From Podarcis pityusensis (lineage: Eukaryota): DNA of 64,000 nucleotides. Position 1 is the first letter of the stretch; the number at the start of each line of letters is the position of its first letter. The notes under the pieces are model-generated. The model made no database searches. It had not been told where the DNA came from and saw only the letters and a program-made list of their open reading frames with translations. The stretch is from NCBI GenBank assembly GCA_964106645.2, contig OZ067040.1. One strand, written 5' to 3'. Made by a program: the position numbers and the translations under genes. Below are positions 36,282 to 50,426 of the stretch, piece after piece.

Positions 36282-39166
36282 GGCTAGATGATGACTAATA
36301 ATTATGAACTGAAGCTCAGTCCCGACAAGACAGACGTTCAGTGGGCAGATGCTTCCTGTGATTAAAGAGATAGTGTTCAACCTGCTGTAGATGGAAGAAT
36401 CAGGCTCGCTGTGGGGGTTGTTCCTTGATCCAGCTTTGTAACTGGAGGTTCAGTTGTTTTCAGTGACATGATGAGCCTTATCAGCTGAGACGGGTACACC
36501 AACTATGGCATTGCCTGGGGAGGGCTAGCCTGCCTATAGTCATCATGCTCTGGCAACTTCTCAGGCTACTGCAATTTGTTGCATGGAAAGATGGTTTGGA
36601 ACCTGCAGCTAGTACAGAATATGGACACAAAACTTTTAACCTTTATTAAAGGTTTCACACCATTTATATGAAAGGTTATAGTGACAATCTTTATAACTGT
36701 AGTTACAGTTTGTAATTGCAAAGGTTCTAATATACTATTAATATTGTATTGCATGACAAGCTATCCTGCTGATAGTCTTGCTTCTGCACGACTATCAGGG
36801 GTACATGCGCTGCTTTCCTCTTCCACATCTGGCTACCTTATGGACAAATATTAGAATGGCAATTGTTTCAGGCATACACCTGCAACAATGTTGTGTGCGA
36901 AGAGACCCCCAGGTTCAAACTTTATTCCAGGGGCAGTAGTCAAAATTGCTCTCTTAGAAAAAGACATATTAACTGAATGGAACTGTTTCACAAGTTGTGA
37001 CTGTTTTGGTCCAGTATGCTGAAACTCAGTACTGAGTCTTAGGCCGCTTCATACCAGTCCTGGTATTAAAAAAAAAAGAAAACACAATAGTAATTTATCA
37101 GTTATGACTAATATATTTGAGGTATTGTTTACTCCAGGGTAGTTGACATACACAGCCTGGTTTTGTGTCTACTCAGAAGTAAAATTTGCTGTGTTCAGTA
37201 TGACTTATTTCCCAATAATTCTGTTTAGATAGAATTGCAATCTTAATCACAACATGAACGTCCCACTTTCTTGAATTCTTTGGAGAATGCTGTCATAGAC
37301 GAGAAGTTAGAAGGAATGCTTGTTGGTTTTGCTGTTAGCACAGAAAATCAGCCATGGGGGACATGTTGTCTTTCAGGGAAGCTTCCCCACTATCACTGAT
37401 GTACCCAGGAACTTTGTATTTCACCAGCACCACTGCTTGGAAGCCACTAACTTAAGGAAAAAATGGATGTTTCTGAGGAGGCTGCCCCAAATGGGACATT
37501 CCAGTATTTGGGCAATACTGATTTAAATGTTTATACCTCTTGCCATTCTCGCTACTAACCAAGTTTGATAATACCACATTATTCAGCCTATCTTTTACTA
37601 TGCTCATGGGGTCAGCTCTGTAATTGCCAGGAGAAATGCTCCATGAAAAATATCTGAATCTGGATTTGAAATATAGTTTTGCCTCCTTTTGCCCAAGGGG
37701 CTTATGCGAAATGGTTTAAAAGGTACCATAAGTTAGAAGACTCTCTGGTCTTATCCACCTTGCATAGGACTTTATGAGCAGGAAGGAAGGTTAGGGCAGC
37801 TTTTCATTTCCTACGAGAATGTCTGAGCATGGAACATAATAGAGTCTGGAATTGCTCTTCATAAAAAAATGTGGAAATTATCAGCAGAATAGAAGGGGAG
37901 AAAACAGCAAGTGAGATCAGAGATATAAAAATAATTTTCCTATTACAAAATAGTTTTCTTTCTTTAAATGTCTGGAGAGAGCTAATCCAGTGAATAGCCG
38001 AGCAATGTATTTTTCTAGTAATATATTTCTTGCAAATAATTGCATCCTATATTATTCTGGTGATGCATTTAGGGAAGTTACCCAGCCTCAGTATGGTTTA
38101 CAATGCTAAGAAAAATGGTTTGTTCCATGCATGTGTCTGACAGTGCATTGAACTTAGAGGGCAGAGGTCACTGACTAAAGAAGGGCATTTTGAATTTGGG
38201 GATATTCCCAGGGCTAATTAGAGCTGGAAACTTTTTGCACCTCTTTTGAGAGGGAAAAGGAACAGGTTAAAGGGAAAATGCAATTCTAGCATTCCTGGAT
38301 GACTCAGCCCCACTGCCCACAAAGACTTGGCTCTAAAATAAGAATCATCTGGTAGATTTTAAAGTCTCAGCAGATGCCTAAGGTCAATGGTTAATTCACA
38401 CTATACCAAAAAAGCAGTCTATTTTGCTTAAAACACTGTCAGAGGAACACACAGACTTCTCAAGTCTGACAAAATCTTTCTTTGAGGGGAAATTTATTCT
38501 ATTAGAAACATGTCTGATCATCATATACACACACACTGGGGGAAGGGCAGTTATTTTTTAAAAATGAAAACTACTATGAAGCTGCCTTCTACTGAGTCAG
38601 ATTATGAGCCTTCTTACTCAATATTATCAATTTAGATAGGCAGTGGCACAGTGGCAAGTTTTTCCCTGAGCTTTTTACTACCTGGGACTCTGAGCATACA
38701 AGGCATGTGCTTTGCCCTGAGCTATGGTTCTTCCCAAATAAAACTGCAGCTCCAACCCAAGCCAGTCAAAACAGAGACCTTGGAATGAAGTCAGTGCATT
38801 TTTTACAAATGAATTCAAATGCAGGCATGGTTTGTGATCAGGTTTTCTAGGGAGCTTGAGGAATTTGTGGAATTTTGCAAAGAAGGGGTGGATAAGGGTA
38901 TCAGAGATGTTTTGTTCGGCACTGAAATTAGAAATATGTCTTCAGCAATGCTGAAGGTTTCTACGATCAGGAATATTCAGAATTCCAGCTCATTAGTCCA
39001 TATGTCTTCATTAATGGCTGATTCATGTTTAAAACACACACATGTGCCACAAAACCACACTCAGAGCATCATACACATTTTGCTGGATATATATTTTCTC
39101 TGCTGGATATAGCATGATCATTGTGACTCTCCAATACAACCTACAGTTTGTAGATAGTGCGTAATT

Positions 39167-39309
39167 AAACTCAGTCGGTAGAGCAAGAGACTCTCAATTG
39201 CAAGGTTGTGGGTTCAAACTCCACGTTGGGCAAAAAGATTCCTGGATTGCACAGGGTTGGACTAGATGACCCTTGTGGTCCCTTCTAGCTCTACAATTCT
39301 ATGATTCTA
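39167..39309 (+). mobile_element. tRNA(Lys)-derived SINE with CR1 3' tail
   Basis: ctcagtcggtagagcaagagactctcaat...ggttcaaactccacgttgggc head fused to gggttggactagatgacc...attctatgattcta tail. Confidence 0.85.
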
Positions 39310-39620
39310 ATACGTTATGAAAGGGCTGGTTCAAGACATTTTGGCACCTGAGGCACAGCTGAGGTGAATCAAAAAATGGTGCCCCCCTCCCTGCCAGGGA
39401 AGAAGAGGTGAGTGAAGATCTACATTAGGAACAAGCGGTAAATTAAGGAGTCATGCTGGAACTCAGCCTGCCCCCAGCATTTGGAAATCTTTTTATCAAC
39501 TCCTCTGGCTGCTGGCCATGGCCACACTCCTCTGCAAGCATATCTTCACAGTCACAAAGATGGACTTAGAAGTGGGATCTTCTTAAAATGAAAGCTGAGA
39601 TTCTCAGTGAACTGAATTAC

Positions 39621-39864
39621 TATAAGACTCACTTTTTCCCTCCTAAAAAGTAAGGGAAAATGTGTGTGCGTCTTATGGAGCGAATGCAGGCTGCGCAGGT
39701 ATCCCAGAAGCCAGAACAACAAGAGGGATCGCTGCTTTCGCTGTGCAGCGATCCCTCTTCATGTTCTGGCTTCTGGGATTCAGAATATTTTTTTTCTTGT
39801 TTTCCTCCTCCAAAAACTAGGTGCGCCTTGTGGTCTGGTGCGTCTTATAGAGCGAAAAATACGG
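39621..39864. mobile_element. Tc1/mariner non-autonomous element, left end truncated
   Basis: Right terminus gtcttatagagcgaaaaatacgg followed by TA; partial left TIR tataagac. Confidence 0.7.
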
Positions 39865-40709
39865 TATATGTCCCGTATTATCTTTTGTCCAGCATGCACA
39901 TCCCTCTGCTCACAGGATCCCTTCTGGCTCGGAGTCACTGCACATTTTTTGTGATCTTAGGATCCAGGCCTCAAAGTGATTTGTCAGTGGAAGCTACAAT
40001 AGTATCAATAAAGTGCTCATTGAAATCAGTGTATTTGAGTATCTCTAGCCTTTCTCTCAAGTGTATACCCATGCAAATTCCTTCCCAGCCTCATCAAGTA
40101 CTTCTGGAACAAAGTAAATATGGCAAAGATTTCAGACACTGTCCTCAATGTATTTAAAACAGCCTTGAAAACACTGGTAATAAAGAGCACAAAAAGCTAT
40201 TTATTTAATAGAAAAGGCTATATAGAAGGAAGTGGCAATAAAATATAACAATAACATAAAATATAACAACAACTTCACTGATAAGTCTAATCAACATGCC
40301 CTTTCTGCACGGCAAAATATAAATGCAGAATAAACTTGGTTAAAATGCATGGCCTGGGATGCTGGAACATCTGGAACATCTTATATATTCATGAAGATTG
40401 TGCTTTAGATTTGAAATGCTGTTCAAACAAGTGTGTTGAGACACTGTATAGATATATCTATTTAAAAAAGCATCATTGTTAACAAGGGTTTCTGAATGGC
40501 TGCCAACATTTTGCCAGCTGGGGACACAGTGCACATTGTTGCCACGTCTTACGAAAGCTCTCTTTGAAATGGGAACTTCCCCCATGCTGGTTCAAAGGTT
40601 AGATTTGGCTCTGGTTCCTGTAATAATATGTAATTTGACATAGCATTGAAAACATGGGCTTTCTTTGATTCCTAAAAAGGGGCTTTGCATGGGAAATTCT
40701 CACATGAGA

Positions 40710-41815
40710 TGTTATGTTGATCTTAACAGAAGTGATTAGGTGTTGATCCACAACATTTCAGAAAGTTCTTCAAAGAAAAACCCAATTTGCCAACTGTGAC
40801 AGACAGCTGAGCTAAGACCAGAGTCTAGTGGTGCAGAGCCTTGGAATTCCACCAGAGGGCCAGAGCCTCTCCCTGATTGGCTACCAAGACAGTCAGCCAG
40901 AAGGGGTGGTGCCATCATTTTTTTTTGGGGGGGGGGGGAGAATAAAAAGAGCTGTTTCTAAGGGAGGGCTCAGATGGGGAGATGGTTGAAGAGAGAGCAG
41001 GAGGGAGAGAAAGTGAGCTAAAGAATTAGAGAGTTGATTCTGGTCTGTGTGGAACACCCATGCTGAGGAAACATATATAGCTAGAGAAAGGAAGCTTTGA
41101 GCTTAATGTGAAGGACAGTGTTTAGTGTCTTGTGAGTGTATTCAGACAGCAGATAACTGGAAGGCTGAGGTAGAAGCTGTGAGGACACTGTCTCCTTGGG
41201 TCTCATATCAATCAGGAGGGGAAAGATCTTCTAGAAAGAGAAGACATCCATACCAGTTCAGAATGGTGTGGGGATCCTTTAGGTCTGTTGTACTACGGTG
41301 GTACCTTGGGTTAAGAACTTAATTCATTCTGGAGGTCCGTTCTTAACCTGAAACTGTTCTTAACCTGAAGCACCACTTTAGCTAATGGGGCCTCCTGCTG
41401 CTGCGCTATTTCTGTTCTCATCCTGAAGAAAAGTTCTTAATCCGAGGTACTATTTCTGGGTTAGCGGAATCTGTAACCTGAAGCGTCTGTAACCCAAGGT
41501 ACCACTGTATTTGGAGTACCTCAGGAGTGTGATTGTCAAAAGGTTGGGTATCTGACAAAACGTATCGCGTTGTGTAAGAACCAAAGTATTAAGCTGTAAC
41601 ATTGTTGTAAATAAGTTTAAGAAACTGAAGTGAAATAACTGGAAATAAGCTAAGCATTTACTATCTAGTCTAGAAACCTGTAACATATAACTGAGGAGTA
41701 ATAACTGAAGTAAGCAACTGACATTTAAAAGAAGCTGTGTCTTTGCTACCTTGTTTAGAAGCCTTAAACATCCACTAGACTTAGTATAATTATTAATAAG
41801 TTAACTGTTTCCTGA
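40710..41815 (+). mobile_element. LTR-like element interrupted by a nested MITE
   Basis: Starts TGTTATG; gattgg box, aataaaaag, purine-rich R-like and A-rich distal part. Boundaries uncertain. Confidence 0.4.
41296..41507 (+). mobile_element. Tc1/mariner (pogo/Tigger-like) MITE, family A
   Basis: TIRs cggtggtaccttgggtta / taacccaaggtaccactg; TA on both sides. Confidence 0.9.
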
Positions 41816-41828
41816 AAGAACATGATCT

Positions 41829-42123
41829 CACAGCTCTTACCGTCAGAAAGTTCTTCCTGATGTTTAGTCAGAATCTCCTTTCTTGTACCTTGAAGCCATT
41901 GGTTCAAGTCCTACTCACCAGAGCAGGAGAAAACAAGTTTGTTTTATCTTCCATGTGAAAGCCCTTGAGATATTTGAAGATGGCTCTCATATCTTTTCTC
42001 AGTCTCCTCTGGGCTAAACATATCCAACTCCCTCAACCATTCTTCGTAAAGCTTGGTTCCCAGACCCTTGATCATCTTGGCTGCCTTCCTCTGGCACATT
42101 CCAGCTTATCAAAATCCTTCTTC
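41829..42123 (-). mobile_element. CR1 LINE ORF2 3' fragment
   Basis: acagctcttaccgtcagaaagttcttcctgatgtttag...gcccttgagatatttgaagatggct...ccagacccttgatcatcttggctgcc; the minus strand matches the CR1 ORF2 C-terminus (FKYLKG, LNIRKNFLTVR). Confidence 0.85.
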
Positions 42124-42483
42124 TAGCAATTTAGCTCTTACCTGGTGGTGAATATCTCATAGGGGGCAAGGGGTGGGGCGGGGTGCGCAAGCAGAGGGGT
42201 ACACTTTGTTGTGGCCAAATCTCCCTTCTGCAAGTGGCACGGGACCCTGGCAGTTGGGATGTGGCTGTGACATCAACCTTGCTAGAAAAAGAAATATACT
42301 GAGCATGTGCAGTTTCAACACTTTAAACTCACTTATGACTACAAGAATAAAACAGGGGATGCTTCTGCTGCCCTGATGCCAAACACGTTTACTTAGGAAC
42401 AAGCACTGTATTATTGTGGGGAAGGGTAATATATGTGTTAAAGTAAAAAATAATAAAATGAGCATCTGTAACCACATTCTGTA

Positions 42484-42711
42484 CAGTGGAACCTTGGGTT
42501 GCAGACGTGATCCGTGCGGGAGGCACGTACACAACCCGCAGCGTTCACAACCTATAGCACCACATTGGCACACGTGTGTGATGCGATTCAGCGCTTCTGC
42601 GCATGTGCGAGCACCGAACTTGGAAGTAGCCCGTTCCAGTACTTTTGGGTTCAGCGCGTCCGTAACCCGAAAATGCACAACCCGCAGCGATTGCAATCCG
42701 AGATATGACTG
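42484..42711. mobile_element. Tc1/mariner-type MITE, related family
   Basis: TA|cagtggaaccttgggttgc ... gcaatccgagatatgactg|TA; CpG-rich body. Confidence 0.75.
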
Positions 42712-43517
42712 TATATGCATGGATAGCCAACCCTGGACTATAAAAAAGTTTTTAAAATAAGAAAGGATGTTGTGGCAAGCAGGGCCCATCCATGCCCATG
42801 CCCAAGCAGTTTAAGGAAAGAAAAAGTTATTGAGATACCCAACCCCCCCCCCCATTCCCCACATCTAATCTAGTTTGTCCCTAAATTGGCTGTGTACCCG
42901 ATTTCAGTGTGTTAAAATACTTTGAGAACTTCAGACAGCTTTGTAGAATTTCAGACTTTCCTGAGTAATTCCTGTTTGTTTGAATGGGCCTTAACACAAC
43001 CAGAATAAAAGATTGCATTGGTAAGTCCATACGTTTATGCTGGAAGAATCTCTTGTGAGAAAAGCCTCTCCTTTATTTTTATTTTTTTAACCACATCTGC
43101 TTCCTATCCAACCATGAGAACTGTAGGCTTTCTGCTAACTTTGGCATTTCCGTTTCCTCTCCTGGTTTTCCATAAGAAGGAAAAGAACATTTCAGAATCA
43201 CAACACAAATCTGGTTTGAGTTTGTGTGTGCAAAATGGACAAATGTTCATCTGTTTTGTATCTTATCTGAACTGGTTGCCTTCTCTAACGTTTTCAAGAG
43301 TATATGGGTAAGAACATTTGCAAGCATATTGAAAAGGTAGGTGTTTAATGGAACAATAAGATAAACAGTACTATCCAGGAATCCACCTCTCTGAAAGTTC
43401 ATGTCAGATGGGCAAATCTGAAGGAACATCAAGTAAAATATTTGCTTGTGTGTGTGATAATTTGTACAACCACATATTGTTTTGCATGCAGAAATCTCCA
43501 GATTAATTTGGTGATTG

Positions 43518-43800
43518 GTTATTTATTTATTTATTTATGGCATTTATACATGTTTCTATTAAATGCCATTTAAAAGTCAGCAAACGGTATAAACAACTGT
43601 AGGTCAGACTAACACAGAAAATTAAAACCGATGATCAGTCAGCCAGTTTCAATGAGCAGAGCCTAGTTCCGTATTATAAGAAGCAGCCTGCTGAAAAAGG
43701 CATGTCTCAGCTGCCTGCCAAAAGGTGAACAGAGAAGGAGTCAAGCAGGCCTCCCATGGAATGGGGTCCCATAGTCTTGGTGACACACTGCAAAAAACCC
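43518..43800 (-). mobile_element. L2 LINE 3' end
   Basis: (ttta)n tail at left; aaaaggcatgtctcagctgcctgccaaaagg...gcctcccatggaatggggtcccatagt pattern. Confidence 0.55.
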
Positions 43801-45188
43801 CCCAAAAACGTTGTGTCTCATGCCCACAAACCAGCCTTCTGTTTAGACAGCAGAGAGACATGAAGTGCACCTTTTGAGTTCTGCTGCAGTGCTCAGGCAG
43901 TAAAGCCAGTTATGGATTCTCACTGTAACTTTAATCTATTTCAGAAACTCCAAGGCAACTGACTTTTGAGTTAGTGGCTTCTTGTAATATGGACTGGCAC
44001 AAGAATATACCACAGGAAAAAAATGACTCTGTATCTATTTCCACTAACTCCAGTAGCCCACATCACACCTCCAGCCCTAGGCATTCTAGAATGTCACTTA
44101 AAACTTGGAAATGGGAGGGACTGATGCTAGCATTTGATTAAAACTTAATCACGTCTGAAAAGTTTCCTGTGTACTGTAATAGCAAAACCAGTCCAGGTCC
44201 AGTGTTTTAAAAGGAAATAACTCCTTTGTGCTTTTAATTTTTTTATGGGCACACTGAGTTGTTATAGTTAGTATGATCATATGCAAAGACAAAGCTGTTG
44301 TATGTTTAAAAGATGTGTAGAAGAGGGAATTATAGTAAGCACACGAGAGAGAAAGAAAGGGAGAAAGAGAGGAGGCTTGTTCTTCTTTACATGTGCAAAA
44401 ATCCTTGACTTTAAGACTCAGTTGCACAACTAGGTCTCTAACCTCAGAAGAAGCAATTTCCCATTGTAAATAATAACTATTATGAAATCCAACTGGAAAT
44501 AAGGAAAGACATTCCAATAACCGGAGCAAAAAAGCTACAGAAATAATGGCCTGCTCCCCCCTCCTATTTCATTGGCACTGGACCTCATAACTTACTAACA
44601 AGAAAATTCCATTCTAAGGGAAATGACTAAAGTGGGGGGGGGGGAGAGAAAGAATCAAAAGTGAGTGGTTTTACAAGAGGGAACATTATAAAAGAATAAT
44701 GAGATAATTCGCAATAATCTTTGGAATCACAGAAGATAATCTGTTAAGATAATGTCTAACAAAGTCTCAGACAGTCACAGGAAATTTTTGGCATGATTTT
44801 TGATGTATGTTTGGAGAGTTCAGCTACAAGGCACTTTTGACTGCAGCTAAACTAGCTCATATTCTTTAGATCCCAAGGGATACTCTAAAGGAACCAGAGA
44901 CAAAGGTCGCTTGAGGAAAGCCATGATGTTGTCCCCCACCCCCATTCAAACTAAGAGAAAATTCTTATTCTCAAGATAACCCCAGTGGGTAGGATAGGAT
45001 CACTTTTAGGTCATCCTGCAGAGAGATCATTGCACCAGCAGGAAGCTATTATGGCATAGCAAAAGGAGCACAAGGTGGGCAGAGCAGTGGCATGAGGAGA
45101 GAGGAGCACGGCCACCATGGGACTCCTCACTCCTCCCCTTGACAAGGGCTCCTTTCTGCAAAGGCTTGGCAGAAGTTAAATCGCTATA

Positions 45189-45430
45189 CAGTGGTACCTC
45201 GGGTTAAGTACTTAATTGGTTCTGGAGGTCCGTACTTAACCTGAAACTTTTCTTAACCTGAAGCACCACTTTAGCTAATGGGGCCTCTTGCTGCCGCCGC
45301 ACCGCCAGAGCCCAATTTCTGTTCTTATCCTGAAGCAAAGTTCTTAACCTGAAATACTATTTCTGGGTTAGCAGAGTGTGTAACCTGAAGTGTATGTAAC
45401 CTGAAGCCTATGTAACCCGAGGTACCACTG
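45189..45430 (+). mobile_element. Tc1/mariner MITE, family A (full length)
   Basis: Perfect 18-bp TIRs cagtggtacctcgggtta / taacccgaggtaccactg; TA TSD; internal taacctgaa repeats. Confidence 0.92.
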
Positions 45431-48233
45431 TATTTAAAAGTCAATTGACAGGCTCTGATGATTGCACCTCTTCTCACTACACAGTCACAGCACAGCTGTG
45501 GATGGGATTCTGACTGTACTATCCTTCACACATTGAATGTGTGGAGATGAGGGGTCCATGTTGAAAACAAATAGCTGGACTTGCTGGTCCTTCCTCAAAG
45601 TTTTACTTCTGGACTCGTGTGACCCCCACCTGCAGATCGACCATGGACATCTGAAGAGGAACCCCACCATGTGAGCAAGTCACAGATCTTCTGTCATAAT
45701 GTCCAGTTTGACCACAGCTCCTGTGCAGAACAGTGTTGTAGCTGGCCAATTTTGCCACTAGAGGCCTTTGTGCAGGTAAGCACCCTTGTAAACAGATTTT
45801 CTGCAGAAATCTGCTAGAAATCTTCAGTTGAGGCTGACAATACAAATCTGCCCACAGAATGTCTAGCGCATGCTCATTTAAATAAACTGAAGGCGGAACT
45901 AGGTTTGTTATTAGCCCTTTGGCCTTCTCCAGATTTTGAGGGGAATTTTATGCTCCAAACCTTTCTTATTCCTCTGTGTGCAGTTCCCTGCAAGCCCAAA
46001 TCCAAATATGTGCAACTCTGACAATTGTGTTGCTGTTGCTGTTGCATTAATTAAATTTGTATACTGCCCTTCATCTCAAGATCCCAGGGTGGTTTACAGC
46101 ACAACAATACAATTGCCTGAGAAATCTGGAAATACATTATAGATAAACCCTATGGACTTTGGATTCCAGAGTCTAATACTTTAGCAACACAATTCAACAG
46201 TGTCACTGAGAATCCAAGACTTTGCTGTCTGATGATATCACAAATGAGATCAGAATGTGTCCTATCAGCTTCAGTGACAAGGAATGCTGATAAAATACTT
46301 TAAAGTTTAGGGTTTCCTCCCTTAAAAAGTAAAGAGATGCCCTTCTACTCAGTGGGGTTGGGGAGACTGTAGAAAGACTGTTATCCAAAAGCTTCCTTGT
46401 GCTCCACACATGCTTCCGAAGCTGTGTCTAAATGAGGCAAAAGGCATCATGGCATGATGGTATCCATGACAAGTTGGCAACTTTTATTCCCCTGACTTCA
46501 GCTGAATTTCTCATTCACATACATTTTTATAATTGGCTCATGTTTTGGGTTTGTTTGGTTTTGGTGGTGGTTTTCTTTTTTCTCTGCCCCAGCTACTGAG
46601 CTCACAGAAGTAGAAGAAAGGCTGTTCTGAATCTGAACTTAACGCTGGAGGTCATTTGAAGGCTTATGTAAGATAACTCACCAAAAGACAGAGGGAGAGG
46701 TGGCGGGGGGAGTCTTTACATAGTACTGAAATAGCAGAGCATTTCTAGTACAGTGCAGGAATATAAAAGTGAAACCGCAGACCCAAGTCATTTGACAATT
46801 ACTGACAGAATTGTTCACTGGCAGAAAATATGAGAGAATAATTGGAGCAGAGGGCTCTCCTTTCTCCCTTTCTTTCTCAATTTGCTTTGGTTGCAAATAA
46901 AGTGAATACATCTTGAGACAACTGAATACACGCGCCGTTCTCTCTTTGAATGCCTTCCCTTGCATTTATGAAGTTGGTCTAAAGAGAAAGAGGGTGCCAT
47001 TGCGCCAGTGTGAATTAACTGATGGATGTTACAGTTGCCATTTCACAATCAAACTCTTTAGAATTTGGTATAGAGGCTTAAATGCAGAATGAGGGGCTGG
47101 GCCCGGCTTCTCCCTGCTGGGTTCATTTAGGATAAAGCCCAGGCTGTCCTGCATTTTGAGCTGGAGACTCACACAGTGGGGGTGATTGGACTTTCTCTGC
47201 CCTAGGCACAACATATGCTACTTCCCATCACTTTAATAGGCATTAGTTCCACAGACAGCACTGGTCAAATGTACATTATTCACAATCACTTTAATGCAAA
47301 CATGCAAGGCTGAGAGAAAAAATATGTCACAAGGAGACAACCAACCATTTCACTTCTTCTTCTTCTTCTTTTTTGGCATGGTGGGGGGTGGGGGTGGGGT
47401 GGAGAAAGATTTCTTCCGTGATTTCTGACTCTCAGATATTTATTTTTAGATATTTATTTTCTGAAGAGCTTGAAGTCCTAATAACCTCATATCTTTATAA
47501 TTGTCACTACAGCGCTGTGCACAACTAGACTCCTTAAATCCCACACCACCTGATCCTATCTGTGTTTACTCAGAAGTAAACCTCATTCAGTCTTACCCAC
47601 ATGTGCATATTAGCTGTGCAGTCTGCTCCTGTGTTGAGTTAGGTGCACCTCCGTGACACCAGAGCCTTATAGGCAACAATCCTATGGGCAGAGCTTTTTT
47701 AAAGCCGGAAGTCAATGGAACTCAGTGGGCGCCATTGCCATTATGAGAGTACAAGGGAGATGTTCATGGTGAGTTCTGGCACCTCTTTGTCTAGGAAAAT
47801 AGCACTTCGTATGGGATACTTTTTACTTGGAGGAATCAAACTGAAATGTATGGGACTTACTTCTGACTAAATGCACTTAGAGTCTTAGTCTTACTAAGTG
47901 CAGTCCAAACTAGCTTTTGGCAACACTGGTCTCACTTAAGTCTTTTTGTTACTTTCATGAGGTTTCAAAATAACCATTGTGTCCTACCATGCTTACTCAT
48001 CCTTATTTTCTGTATGTGCATTATAAAAAGGGCAACATTACAATTAAAAAGCAGGGGTCTGCAATAGTGCATCCCCAGCCATGCCCTTTGCCCTCCGTGC
48101 TCTATCATGCTCACCTCTAGGATAGTACAAACAGGGCTTTCTGGTTTCCATTGGCCTTTTTAATTGATTCCTTCAGCATTCTTTGTTTCAGTTGCCCTCA
48201 ACCAGACCTAATGACTAGACTTGGATCCATTAC

Positions 48234-48385
48234 TTGGATCCATTCCAGTCTGGCTTCAGGCCTCGTCATGACACTGAAACTGCCTTGGTCACCCTTGTTA
48301 TTGGGAGACAGATGAGGGGAGTGTGACCCTGTTCTCCTTCATCTTGGTGGCTTTCAATACTGTTGACCATCACATCCCTCTGAGG
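48234..48385 (+). mobile_element. L2 reverse-transcriptase fragment
   Basis: Translates LDPFQSGFRPRHDTETALVTLV, then a degraded ...AFNTVDH.IPL (non-LTR RT motifs). Confidence 0.8.
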
Positions 48386-50426
48386 TGGGGTTTGGGGGAA
48401 GGTTTGCTCCCTACCACAATGCTTTCCCCTATTTGGAGCTCTGAAGGTCACACCATCTAGCCCAGCCTTTGCCAACCTAGTGCCCTCTAGCCCTGTGCTG
48501 GTTGGGGCTGATGGGAGTTGTAGTCCAAAACACCTGGAAGGCACAAAGTAGAGGAAGGCAGTTCTAGCCACTCTGGACCACTTAGCCAGCAGTCTTTGTA
48601 ACAAAAAGCTCTGACCAGTATAGTCTTAAAGTAGACCTTCTCCCCTGTTAATCTGCAAATTTACAACAATATATCTTCAAATGTTGTTGCTATTTTTAAA
48701 TCATGCTATGATAATATGTTATTATTTTTTGCATGCTTCATCAAGTTTTAAGATTTAAGGGTAATACGGCTTGTTGTTGTTGCTACTGTTGAAGAGCCGA
48801 CTTGTTGCAGAGCAAGGAAGTATATGCTGCATACACTTTACTGTTACAGACCATGGAGTTTCAAGGCAGCTTCATCTTGGATAATTGCATTTCTTTCTTT
48901 TCCAAAAAATGATCTTCCAATTGAGAAAGTCATTTATCTTCTGGACTCAGAGAGGGCTTGATCTTCCCATTCTGGTGCTGAGTGATTTATATAGGCAACT
49001 CCTATTAATGCTAATGGAAGGTAAGTGCGTAAATCTCTCCTCCCTGGATGGATAACAGCCTCTTAAAAGTGGCTGTTTTGGTAACAAATCTAAGTAATGA
49101 TTAAGTTAAAAGATGGGACATCAAACATAATTGAATACTTGCAGGGATCTGTACATGTGATGCACATAAATTAATGAATCAAACTAGTCCCTGGTGTAAG
49201 GTCCCCTGGAGCCAATTTACCAACTCATTCTACAAGTGTGCATTGCATCATAAAAATAACCAGTGGACATAAAAGCATGGGTGGGTCCACAATGAAAATC
49301 CAGGGAAATCCAGGTGCATTCCAATCTGAAAGCTTTCCCCATTAAAGCCAGTTGTGGACAGAGTGCAGGAGTGAGACTAAAGCCCTGCCCACATCGTGGT
49401 TTACTGTGCATTCAAAGCTGTTTGCCTCACTTTTCTGGGCATCATTCACATGATGCTGTCCTCAAACAGCACCCAGTTTACTTTTTTTAAAACAACAACA
49501 ACAGCAACAACAGGGAATTTGGATTTCCTAGACTGGGTCAAACTGAGCATGGAACACACACATTCTGGTGGTAAGCAATAATTTTTAAGTGAGTAAAAGG
49601 TGGAAAAGGGGGAAAAAACAAACCTGTCCTATGTACATACTTCTTTCTTTGTTCTACAGTCAGCTCTGATCAAAAAGAGTTTATAGAGTGTTTATACACA
49701 CTATAAAAACCTGCAAAATCTGGCATCCAGGGGTGTCAGGTATAGGGGGCGCAAGGGGCTTCAGTCCCCTCAATATTTTGAAGCAGGGGGCCTCCACGCA
49801 CTCCAGCCCCCGCCCAGCAGCCTGGGAGTCAGGAGGGGCCTGGAATGAGTGAGGGCAAAGATCACTCTCCACAAGTCCTGACCCCACCCAGTGTATTCCA
49901 CGGGGAGAAGGAGGCTGAGTGTGAGCACCAGCATCGTGGCGGTGGGGGGCGGGTCACCCGTGTGGCCTGGGGCGGCACACGAACGCTAGTGTGCTGCGCA
50001 GGATGCATCATGTGATGGGGCAAGTTGGTGATGGGGCCCCTGCTGGCACCTCTGTGTCAGGTTCCATCCTTTCACTTTCCCCTTGTGCGGTGTGATGCAC
50101 TGTGCACTTCCCAGCTCCCCCAAGAGGCCTGCCAATGATGTGAGGCTGAGACACACACAAGCACGATGCCATGGCAGAAGTGCCATGAGGCAACAAAAAG
50201 GGAGAGAAGAAATTAAGAGAGGGATAGCATTTTGGACAGCAATACTGTGCCAGCCAAGGATATCTGGATGGTATGTCACCCAAGAGGACAGTGGAAGGGT
50301 GAAGACATTTATGCTGCAAGAGCTTCAGCTCCATGAAAAGAAAACACCACCACCACCACCTAATTTGTGTTATAATCTCTTAAAATTCTTTACTATATCT
50401 GTCATCACTCGTCAATCAAGCTTAAG

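Noticed and set aside
39167-39232. tRNA-Lys-like sequence
   Set aside because: Acceptor and anticodon arms are degenerate and it is fused to a CR1 tail, so it is a SINE head rather than a tRNA gene.
42157-42789. Longest ORF in the track (210 aa, minus)
   Set aside because: Runs across a MITE and its flanks; no homology pattern I recognise.
45189-45430. Regularly spaced taacctgaa repeats resembling a CRISPR array
   Set aside because: Internal repeats of a TIR-bounded MITE in eukaryotic DNA; no unique spacers or cas genes.
45753-45768. CTCF-like gccactagaggcc
   Set aside because: Mismatch in the conserved GGGC core; too weak to call.
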